Origin: an uncultured Bacteroidales bacterium
GTDB lineage: Bacteria > Bacteroidota > Bacteroidia > Bacteroidales > UBA10428
DNA length: 64,000 bases
NCBI GenBank assembly: GCA_963705125.1
Contig: CAVPIY010000008.1
Span: forward strand, 719,900-783,899
Direction of reading: 5' to 3'
Shown here: positions 18,893 through 26,528 of the stretch, in pieces
How the letters are laid out: each line of letters begins with the position of its first letter
How positions within the stretch are numbered: position 1 is the stretch's first letter
Notes under the pieces: model-generated
The model's input: the letters and a program-made list of their open reading frames with translations, nothing else
The model's database searches: none
Told to the model about the DNA's origin: nothing
Made by a program: the position numbers and the translations under genes

Positions 18893-19090
18893 TACATGAT
18901 TATTCCAATGAACGTAAGGGGTTTGTTTTATGGAAAGATGCACTGGAGGAAAGGCTTGTTTAGAATGAAACCTGGTAGTACTAGAAGCAAATATCAATGT
19001 ATATAATGGATTGAAAATTAAACAGATTTTGGCTCTTATCGAAAAAAATAGTTCAAAATCAATGACTTTGAAGGCTATTTAAAATAATCG

Positions 19091-19108
19091 GTGACCCAGG
19101 AGGGATTC
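19091..19108 (-). repeat. partial duplicate of the tRNA-Arg 3' end (att-like direct repeat)
   Basis: gtgacccaggagggattc matches gtgaccccggagggattc (19268-19285, the 3' end of the tRNA gene) at 17/18 positions, in the same orientation. Confidence 0.6.
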
Positions 19109-19152
19109 TCGCTGCCGCTCGATGATCCGCAGGAAGAGGGTCTACAAGATAA

Positions 19153-19196
19153 ATGCTGCCGGCAGCATAGCTGCCTTACATTTTTTTTTGTTTTTT
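19153..19196 (+). terminator. GC hairpin(s) followed by T9-G-T6
   Basis: The arms gctgcc/ggcagc/gctgcc allow two hairpins (atgctgccggcagcat or ggcagc-ata-gctgcc). They are followed by ttaca and a long T run. This is the only terminator-like signal after the helicase gene. Confidence 0.4.
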
Positions 19197-19268
19197 CTGC
19201 AATTGAAAGCGAAGCTTTCTCTGGCCTCCAAAACAAAAAAAGCCGCTAATGGCGGGCACTTTATTTTG

Positions 19269-19342
19269 TGACCCCGGAGGGATTCAAACCCCCGACTTTC
19301 AGAACCGGAATCTGACGTTCTATTCAGCTGAACTACGGGGCC
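19269..19342 (-). tRNA. tRNA-Arg (anticodon CCG)
   Basis: I folded a 74-nt cloverleaf by hand: acceptor GGCCCCG/CGGGGTC, D stem GTTC/GAAC, anticodon stem TCAGA/TCTGA with loop TTCCGGT, and T stem GGGGG/CCCTC. The discriminator is A and no CCA is encoded. Confidence 0.85.
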
Positions 19343-19346
19343 TTAT

Positions 19347-19376
19347 TGGGTGTGTGTGGGTGTGTGTGGGTGTGTG
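19347..19376. repeat. tandem decamer (TGGGTGTGTG)x3
   Basis: Three exact 10-bp units begin 5 nt from the 5' end of the tRNA-Arg gene. Confidence 0.9.
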
Positions 19377-19555
19377 CGAGAGTGCATCGCCCGCCGGAGC
19401 TTCAGCAAAGGCGGGGGTGTGAAAGTGCAAAGGTATGGAAAATTGGATGTAAGGCAAAATAATATCCACAGAAAATCGGAAAACAATCGGGGATTAAATA
19501 GTATTTGAATATTCATCAGAAAATACTTAAATAAGGGACTTATTTTATCAATCCT

Positions 19556-19563
19556 TAATTTTG
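19556..19563 (+). promoter_or_regulatory. Bacteroidota -7 promoter box (TAnnTTTG)
   Basis: TAATTTTG lies 48 nt upstream of the ATG at 19611. This is a motif match only. Confidence 0.35.
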
Positions 19564-19610
19564 AATTACTGAAATTTGAATATTTGTGTTTCAGATCTAA
19601 AATGTAAGGC

Positions 19611-22061
19611 ATGATACTAATTAGAAATTTCATCGGTAGATACACTTTGTTCATTCTGGCACTAATGCTCTCTTCAGGTTTCGTGTTTACACAAACCCTG
19701 CAGGAAATCGAATCGCACCGTATAGTCCTGCCTAACGGCTGGAAGCTGACCCCAGCCGGTAAAATCCTTCCCCTTGGCGATCTTCCGCTGAATATGGTCT
19801 TATCAACATCTAAAAAATACCTGGCTGTTACAAACAACGGACAGAGCGACCAGATGGTGCAGATCATCGATGCAATCCAAATGGAGGTGGTTGATTCGGT
19901 GGTTATGGCGAAATCATGGCTGGGGCTGGCATTCTCAGATGATGAAAAGTTCCTGTATGCTTCCGGAGGTCATGATAACTGGATTGTCAGGTTCGCCGTG
20001 GATAAGGGCAGGCTGAAACCCTATGATACCCTGGTAATCGGCAAGCCCTGGCCGGAAAAAATATCCATAGCCGGAATTGCATTGGATGATTCACGGCATA
20101 TTCTGTATGCAGTTACAAAGGAAAATAATTCGCTGTATCTCCTCGATGTTAACTCAGGTCAGGTTATGGGGAAATACCCGCTTGGTGCAGAAGGATATAC
20201 CTGTATACTTTCACCTGACCATAAAATCCTCTATATATCCTGCTGGGGATGCAACAAAGTTGAAATCTTCGATACCGGGAAACGAATCTTTACCGGTTCA
20301 ATTGCCGTCGGGGATCATCCTAACGAGCTTTGCCTTACCCTTGACGGCAGATACCTTTTTGTTGCCAATGCCAATGACAATACCGTATCGGTAATCGATA
20401 CCCGGGAGTGGAAAGTAATGGAAACCCTGAATGCTGCCTTGTTCCCGGATGCGCCAAGTGGTTCCACAACCAACAGCCTTGCCCTGAGTGAAGATGAAAA
20501 GACACTGTATGTGGCAAATGCGGATAACAATTGTCTGGCTGTTTTTAATGTCAGCCAGCCGGGTAACAGCATTAGTAAGGGATTCATTCCCACAGGCTGG
20601 TACCCTACCTGTGTCCGCGTTACCGGCAATACCTTGTTTATCGCAAATGGCAAGGGACTTACATCTTTAGCCAATCCCTACGGGCCCAATCCAACGGATG
20701 TGGATGAGGAGGTTGAATATCAGCATGCAGGTGAGGTGAATAAAATAAGGGTCCAATATATCGGTGGTTTGTTCAGGGGTTCAATGTCCATCTTGGTTGA
20801 GCCTGACCAAAAGCAGCTGGCAATTTATTCCCAGGCTGTATATCACAATACGCCGTATTCAAAAGACAAGGAATTCATGGCAGAGGGGAAGAAAGGGAAT
20901 CCAATTCCCATGCGGGTAGGGGATGCCTCGCCTATAAAATACATTTTCTATGTGATTAAGGAAAACCGCACCTATGACCAGGTTCTGGGTGATATACCCG
21001 GAGGCAACGGCGACCCAAGCCTGGTGCTTTTTGGTGAACGCATTACCCCGAATCAACATGCCCTGGCGCGTGAATTTGTGCTGCTTGATAATTTTTATGT
21101 GGATGGGGAAGTTAGTGCCGATGGCCACAACTGGAGCATGGGTGCGTATGCGACCGATTATATAGAGAAAAACTGGCCGACAAGCTATGGTGGAAGAGGA
21201 GGCAGTTATGACTCAGAAGGAAGACGGGGAATCGCCAACAACAAAGACGGGTATTTATGGGATTTTTGCAAGGAATATGGCGTAACCTATCGCACATATG
21301 GCGAGTTCATCAATAACAACAAACCCAGCATACCGGTTCTTGAGGGGCATTATTGCACCCATTTTACCGGATGGGATGGAAGCGTCAGGGATACAGTAAG
21401 ATTTTATCAATGGAGGCGTGATTTTGACTCCCTGCTTACCCTGAATAGCATTCCTAAGTTGAATACCATACGTTTCATAAATGACCATACGGAAGGTCTG
21501 AATGTGGGTCGTCCGACCCCCTTTGCCCATGTGGCGGACAACGACCTGGCCGTAGGTCTGTTTATTGATTACCTCAGCCATAGTCCCATCTGGAATGAGA
21601 GTGCAATTTTTATCGTGGAGGATGATGCCCAGAACGGCCCGGATCATGTGGATGCCCATCGCACCACAGCTTATGTGGCAGGGGGATTTGTTAAGGAAGG
21701 TTATGTGGATCACACCCTGTATTCAACTTCTTCGATGCTCCGGACCATTGAGCTGATCCTGGAATTGCCCCCGATGAGCCAGTACGATGCCTCAGCCACA
21801 CCCATGTGGCGATGCTTTAGCAATACTCCCGGCCACAAACCTTTCACAGCAAGAGCCTGTCAGGTTGATCTGAATGAGAAGAATACGGTTAGTAGCAAAT
21901 GGTCAAAACTCAGCGAGGGATTCAATTTTGCAAAAGAAGACCGTGCCCCGGATGCCGAATTTAACGAGGTGATCTGGCATGCTGTAAAAGGACTTGACAG
22001 TCCCTGTCCCGCTCCGGTGCATGCGGCGTTTTTTATGGCTGGGGAGGAGGAGGAAGAATGA
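19611..22061 (+). CDS. secreted beta-propeller (YVTN/YncE-like) fused to a phosphoesterase (phospholipase C / acid phosphatase AcpA family) domain
   Basis: 816 aa with a signal peptide. The N-terminal half has repeated LY(V/I)(A/S)N..DN.(V/L)(S/A)V(I/F)D propeller blades. The C-terminal half has ENRTYDQVLGD, NFYVDGEVSADGHNW and IVEDDAQNGPDHVDAHR. Confidence 0.75.
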   Translation: MILIRNFIGRYTLFILALMLSSGFVFTQTLQEIESHRIVLPNGWKLTPAGKILPLGDLPLNMVLSTSKKYLAVTNNGQSDQMVQIIDAIQMEVVDSVVMAKSWLGLAFSDDEKFLYASGGHDNWIVRFAVDKGRLKPYDTLVIGKPWPEKISIAGIALDDSRHILYAVTKENNSLYLLDVNSGQVMGKYPLGAEGYTCILSPDHKILYISCWGCNKVEIFDTGKRIFTGSIAVGDHPNELCLTLDGRYLFVANANDNTVSVIDTREWKVMETLNAALFPDAPSGSTTNSLALSEDEKTLYVANADNNCLAVFNVSQPGNSISKGFIPTGWYPTCVRVTGNTLFIANGKGLTSLANPYGPNPTDVDEEVEYQHAGEVNKIRVQYIGGLFRGSMSILVEPDQKQLAIYSQAVYHNTPYSKDKEFMAEGKKGNPIPMRVGDASPIKYIFYVIKENRTYDQVLGDIPGGNGDPSLVLFGERITPNQHALAREFVLLDNFYVDGEVSADGHNWSMGAYATDYIEKNWPTSYGGRGGSYDSEGRRGIANNKDGYLWDFCKEYGVTYRTYGEFINNNKPSIPVLEGHYCTHFTGWDGSVRDTVRFYQWRRDFDSLLTLNSIPKLNTIRFINDHTEGLNVGRPTPFAHVADNDLAVGLFIDYLSHSPIWNESAIFIVEDDAQNGPDHVDAHRTTAYVAGGFVKEGYVDHTLYSTSSMLRTIELILELPPMSQYDASATPMWRCFSNTPGHKPFTARACQVDLNEKNTVSSKWSKLSEGFNFAKEDRAPDAEFNEVIWHAVKGLDSPCPAPVHAAFFMAGEEEEE

Positions 22062-22121
22062 AAAATGAACAATGAATAGTGAACAATGAACAATGAATAG
22101 TGAACAATGAATAATGAACAG
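22059..22121. repeat. nine tandem heptamers TGAAyAr, containing an exact 21-bp duplication
   Basis: The units are tgaaaaa tgaacaa tgaatag tgaacaa tgaacaa tgaatag tgaacaa tgaataa tgaacag. Positions 22066-22086 are identical to 22087-22107. The first TGA is the stop codon of the upstream gene. Confidence 0.9.
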
Positions 22122-22175
22122 TTGGGATTGTAATTACAAGTGATATAATCTTATATAGTTCTTAATTCTAATGTC

Positions 22176-23414
22176 ATGAAACAATTCTTATCTCCAGTAT
22201 TGGTTGTGCCAATCGCCTTTTTCACAGGCTGGTTTCTGACCCGGTCACTGACGGTGCACCCGGTGAAGCTCTACTTTTCCGTATTTATTCTATCGATCTT
22301 TGTATGCCTTAGTCTGGCAGGAATTGTGCTGTTCCTGAAGTATAAAAGCTTCATTCCGATTCTGATCGGGCTGTGTTGTTTTCTGCTGGGTTACCTGATT
22401 AATGCCAGGATATTTCTATCCCGGCAGGATAGCCGGTATATTCCACCGATAACCCGTGTTGCAGGTGCTTCTGCAGATCATACCGCCATTGTGTATTTTA
22501 CCCATGGCGAGCCGGAAACCTTTAACCCGATTGGATGGATCAATCAGTTCAGGGAATTTGATGAACAGGGGATCCGGTTTATACCCTTTTTTGCCAGGCC
22601 GGCCTTTATCTATGCCCTGAGACAGAAATACCTTGAGGTTGGCAGAAGCAATCACAGGCAAGGTCATATCAATATGCTGAAGGCGCTGGAGGCTGCTTAC
22701 CGGATAGATGGAGACTCAACCACCCGGTTTTACCTGTCATTCCTGGATGATGAACCCCGGCCCGACGCAGCGGTAATAGAAGCATTGAACGATGGGGCAT
22801 CTAGAATAGTTGTGGCAACTGTTTTTTTGACCATCTCCAATCACACCGCTGAAGGTAAGCATTTGATTGAACAACTTGACGTAGAGAATAATTATAAGGT
22901 TCCCATTCGATTTTCCGATCCGCTTTGGGATTCGGAAATACTTGTCCAGGCTTTTATTGACAAGGTAATGCAAAATATCGGGGATACCCCAAAGGAAAAA
23001 GTTGCCGTTGCATTGATCGGCCATGGACAACCCGATGAATGGGACAAGGAGTGGCCGACCGAAACAGCCCAGGAAATTAAATTTCGTGAGCGTGTAATTG
23101 AGAAGTTGGTGACAGCAGGCTTTGAAAGAGAAAATCTGGGAAATGCGTGGATGGAGTTTAAGGTGCCGAAACCCCGTGAACTGATGGATAAGCTTGTCAA
23201 GAACGATGCAAAGAAAATTCTGTATTTCGCTTCTGCGATTAGTGCTGATGCCATTCACAGCCAGGCAGATATCCCCGCACTGGTGCATGAATACCCCTTC
23301 CCGGATAATATCGAAGTCATTAACCTGGGCGCGTGGAATGCCCATCCATTGGTGATCAAAGCAATTAAAGAAAAAACAGACCAGCAATTGGCTGGCTTTA
23401 AACAGAATCAATAA
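22176..23414 (+). CDS. membrane-anchored ferrochelatase-fold (class II chelatase family) protein
   Basis: 412 aa with about 3 N-terminal TM helices. The remainder aligns by eye with HemH blocks: AIVYFTHGEP, YLEVG, DEPRPDAAVIEALNDGASRIVV, LIGHGQP (HemH SAHSLP) and ASAISADAIHSQ (HemH GFVADHLEVL, with the Glu not conserved). Confidence 0.5.
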   Translation: MKQFLSPVLVVPIAFFTGWFLTRSLTVHPVKLYFSVFILSIFVCLSLAGIVLFLKYKSFIPILIGLCCFLLGYLINARIFLSRQDSRYIPPITRVAGASADHTAIVYFTHGEPETFNPIGWINQFREFDEQGIRFIPFFARPAFIYALRQKYLEVGRSNHRQGHINMLKALEAAYRIDGDSTTRFYLSFLDDEPRPDAAVIEALNDGASRIVVATVFLTISNHTAEGKHLIEQLDVENNYKVPIRFSDPLWDSEILVQAFIDKVMQNIGDTPKEKVAVALIGHGQPDEWDKEWPTETAQEIKFRERVIEKLVTAGFERENLGNAWMEFKVPKPRELMDKLVKNDAKKILYFASAISADAIHSQADIPALVHEYPFPDNIEVINLGAWNAHPLVIKAIKEKTDQQLAGFKQNQ

Positions 23415-23461
23415 TAACCGGGCTGAGAGCAGACCATTACATATACCCGCTGACCCTTGCT

Positions 23462-25753
23462 TTGCCTGTGCAGCTAACAGGCAACAAAGGGCAGTCTTTG
23501 CTGTTTTTGCAGAAACATGGATTCCGGATTCCAAAGTCATTTATTGTGTCTTCCGCCGCTTTTTCAGACTATCTTGAAGGGAGTAAACCGGTATTGGAGA
23601 AATTAAAGAAAGAAATATCAGCATTGCCACCCTACCGGTTTGCCGTCCGGTCCTCTACCCGGACTGAAGATACGGATACTCATTCATTTGCAGGCCAGTT
23701 TCGGACCATTACTGATATTTCCGGGGAGGATAATATTCTGAATGCCATTCTGAAGGTATGGGAATCAGTGAACTCAATAACAGGGAGCGAGTATCACAAA
23801 CGGGTGTCATCCAGTTGTGAAGATATTACATGCGCGGTTATTTTGCAGGAAATGGTTAAGCCAAAACTGGCCGGAGTGAGCTTTAGTAAAAACCCGGTTA
23901 CTGATTCAAACGAATCTGTCATCGAAGCGGTAGAGGGTCCCGGTGAGAATCTGGTGCAAAAGGGGATTACCCCGCAGCGATGGCGTTTTAAAGGCGGTTT
24001 AATACTTGAAGGCAATCGGGATGATTTACACTATATTGAAATACAAAGGATTGCCAGAGATACGCAGAGGTTAAAGCGGCATTTCGGCTGCCACGTGGAT
24101 ATCGAATGGGCATATGATGGCCGGGATTTATATTATCTTCAGATCAGGAGTATCACAGGCAAAAACTCACCCCCTGTATATTCCAATAAAATGGCAAAGG
24201 AAATGCTGCCCGGACAGATAAAACCCCTGGTATGGTCAGTCAATATACCCCTCGTGAATGGTACATGGATCAAGCTGTTGTCTGAAATTACCGGACCACT
24301 TCCCATGAATCCCGAAGATCTCTCAAAGTCATTCTACTACAGAACATATTTCAATATGGCAAGACTGGGGGAAATATTCCGGGAATTCGGACTTCCGCCT
24401 GACAGTCTTGAATTTATGATGGGAGATGATCAGGTAAGGAAACCCAGGTTCAAACCGGGTGTAAAAATCCTGAAACATACATTCAGGATCATCCGGTTTG
24501 TGTATTCTAAACTACATTTTGAAAATACCTTCCTAAAGGAGTATGCCCGTCTGCAAAGCATTTATGATGAGATTGATCAGGAAATCAGGGATCATTTTAC
24601 GCTGAATGCCTATCCTGAAATCTTTCGCAAACTCTTTGAAGCGGGCAGGGGAACGGCCTACCTCAACATCGTTGTGCCTCTGCTGATGCAGCTGTATAAT
24701 AAAAGACTGTCCGCGAAACTGAAGAAACTGAACCGGAATTACAGTCAGCTGGATTTTCATCCTGATTATCCCGAATTGGCAACACTTTCTCCAGTGGTAG
24801 CCTTGGAATGGCTAAAACAAAAGTACGATACCCTGCCGGATGAGATAAAAGAAAGGTGCAATACATATGCTGCATTGTCTGAATGCGAGGAAGCCCGGTC
24901 TGTTATGAAGGATTTTAACAGTTTGATTACAAGTTTTGGGCATTTGAGCGAAAGCGGGAATGATTTTTCTGTACCAAAATGGCAGGAAATGCCTGAATTT
25001 GTTTATCAAATGATGCTGCATGCATCGCCCCATGAGAGCCGGCCAGATCACTTTGCTTTTAAAGGGCTGCATTATTCAATCTTCCTCCATCCCTCATTGA
25101 AATGCCTGTATCACAAATCAGGTAAATATAAAGTCTACCGCGAGCAGATCAGTTCTTTGTATATATACGGATACGGGCTTTTCCGGGCCTTGTATCTTAA
25201 ACTCGGGAATGAATTTGTTCAGCACGGTATAATTGACCAGGTTGCTGATATTTTCTATATTTCCAGCCATGAAATTGACCAGCTGCTGCCCGGTATTGTT
25301 TCCGGGCAAATACGGCAATATAAACTGGAAGTAACCGAAAGAAAAAGGGAAATGGAGGAAACAAAGGATCTGCTCCTGCCTGCCCTGATATATGGGGATG
25401 CTGCCCCCATAATCGAGGCAGGCAATGTAAAGAACCACCATGGCCTGGGGACCTCTCCGGGTACTTACCGTGGAAAAACCCGTATTGTCAGCGGGGTTCA
25501 AGATTTCAGCAGGGTAAACCGCGGGGAAGTACTCATCATCCCCTTTTCTGATGTCAGCTGGACACCCATACTGGTAAAGGCGGGAGCCATTATATCGGAA
25601 TCAGGCGGGTTACTTTCACATTGTTCGATAATTGCAAGGGAACTGGGTATTCCGGCACTGGTATCGCTAGAAAATGCCTGTTCTCTCGGGAATGGTCTCA
25701 CTGTCACCGTTGACGGATCCAACGGTATTTTAACTGTTCATGATCATGCATGA
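23462..25753 (+). CDS. PEP/pyruvate-binding (ATP-grasp) + C-terminal PEP-utilising swivel-His domain protein; rifampin-phosphotransferase-like architecture
   Basis: 763 aa, with a non-ATG (TTG) start. The N terminus (GNKGQSL..L...GF.IP..F.V) matches PPDK_N. The C terminus (GEVLIIPFSDVSWTPILVKAGAIISESGGLLSHCSIIARELGIPALV) matches the phosphohistidine swivel domain. About 350 aa of helical middle region lie between them. Confidence 0.7.
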   Translation: MPVQLTGNKGQSLLFLQKHGFRIPKSFIVSSAAFSDYLEGSKPVLEKLKKEISALPPYRFAVRSSTRTEDTDTHSFAGQFRTITDISGEDNILNAILKVWESVNSITGSEYHKRVSSSCEDITCAVILQEMVKPKLAGVSFSKNPVTDSNESVIEAVEGPGENLVQKGITPQRWRFKGGLILEGNRDDLHYIEIQRIARDTQRLKRHFGCHVDIEWAYDGRDLYYLQIRSITGKNSPPVYSNKMAKEMLPGQIKPLVWSVNIPLVNGTWIKLLSEITGPLPMNPEDLSKSFYYRTYFNMARLGEIFREFGLPPDSLEFMMGDDQVRKPRFKPGVKILKHTFRIIRFVYSKLHFENTFLKEYARLQSIYDEIDQEIRDHFTLNAYPEIFRKLFEAGRGTAYLNIVVPLLMQLYNKRLSAKLKKLNRNYSQLDFHPDYPELATLSPVVALEWLKQKYDTLPDEIKERCNTYAALSECEEARSVMKDFNSLITSFGHLSESGNDFSVPKWQEMPEFVYQMMLHASPHESRPDHFAFKGLHYSIFLHPSLKCLYHKSGKYKVYREQISSLYIYGYGLFRALYLKLGNEFVQHGIIDQVADIFYISSHEIDQLLPGIVSGQIRQYKLEVTERKREMEETKDLLLPALIYGDAAPIIEAGNVKNHHGLGTSPGTYRGKTRIVSGVQDFSRVNRGEVLIIPFSDVSWTPILVKAGAIISESGGLLSHCSIIARELGIPALVSLENACSLGNGLTVTVDGSNGILTVHDHA

Positions 25754-26528
25754 TCTGATTGCACAAATAAAAGATGAACCCGGGATCAGTTTTGTCCTTT
25801 GTGCCTTATTGGGATACCTGACGGGTTCTGTTTCCTTTGCCCGTTTGATCAATTATTTTATTACCGGGGATAAAAAGATCAAGCCTCTGGCTGAGGCTGT
25901 TCCTCATTCCAATGAGGTATTTGAATCTGATTTGATCAGTGCAACCCTGGTGACTAAAAACCTCGGAGCGAAATATGGCTGCATGACTTCGGTTGCTGAC
26001 ATGATCAAGGTGGCTTTGCCGACGTTACTTGTTAAAATAACCTTTACAGGACAGCCCTATTTTCTGGTCACAGCGTTGTTCGGGATAATAGGGCACAATT
26101 ATCCTGTATATTATCGCTTTATCGGAGGAAGGGGGGAGTCACCTCTCATCGGAGGTCTTCTGGTTATCAACTGGTTTGGGATAATCGTGGTAAACCTGGC
26201 TGCTACTCTCTTAGGATTCATTTCCGGTAGTGTACTGGTCATCCGCTGGGGGGGCATGGTGCTGATGATATTCTGGTACTGGTATTATTTTCATACTATC
26301 TGGTATGTTTGTTATATTGTGTTCGCCAATTTCCTGTTTTGGTTTTCCATGCGAAAAGACCTCGCCCGTTATATTGAGCTGAAAAGGAAAAAAGGTTTGG
26401 CCTTTACCGAAGAGGATGTTTCAGAGTTCATTCTAATGGGCCGGAAGTTGGGCAGGGCATTGGATAAATACAGTATATATGCTTTGGTGAGAAAGATCTT
26501 CTCTAGTCAAGGTACAGGCAGGACATGA
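25740..26528 (+). CDS. PlsY (acyl-phosphate:glycerol-3-phosphate acyltransferase) family membrane protein, divergent
   Basis: 262 aa. LGYLTGSVSFARLI, IGHNYPVYYRFIGGRGESP and multiple TM helices match the PlsY layout. The GSGNxGATN box is replaced by TKNLGAKYG. There is a 14-nt overlap with the upstream gene. Confidence 0.55.
   Translation: MIMHDLIAQIKDEPGISFVLCALLGYLTGSVSFARLINYFITGDKKIKPLAEAVPHSNEVFESDLISATLVTKNLGAKYGCMTSVADMIKVALPTLLVKITFTGQPYFLVTALFGIIGHNYPVYYRFIGGRGESPLIGGLLVINWFGIIVVNLAATLLGFISGSVLVIRWGGMVLMIFWYWYYFHTIWYVCYIVFANFLFWFSMRKDLARYIELKRKKGLAFTEEDVSEFILMGRKLGRALDKYSIYALVRKIFSSQGTGRT

Noticed and set aside
19343-19867. 174-aa minus-strand ORF between tRNA-Arg and the 19611 gene
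   Set aside because: It reads through the (TGGGTGTGTG)x3 repeat, giving a low-complexity HTHPHTPTHTQ tail. It covers the promoter region and is antisense to the 5' end of a well-supported gene. It has no recognisable motifs.
22059-22121. CRISPR array (also considered for the decamer repeat at 19347-19376)
   Set aside because: The repeats are 7 and 10 bp, directly abutting with no spacers, and there are no cas genes. They are simple tandem repeats.
22737-23540. 267-aa minus-strand ORF, the longest antisense ORF in the window
   Set aside because: It is entirely antisense to the ferrochelatase-fold gene and the start of the dikinase, both of which carry family signatures. Its Cys/Leu/Phe-rich composition is typical of shadow ORFs.
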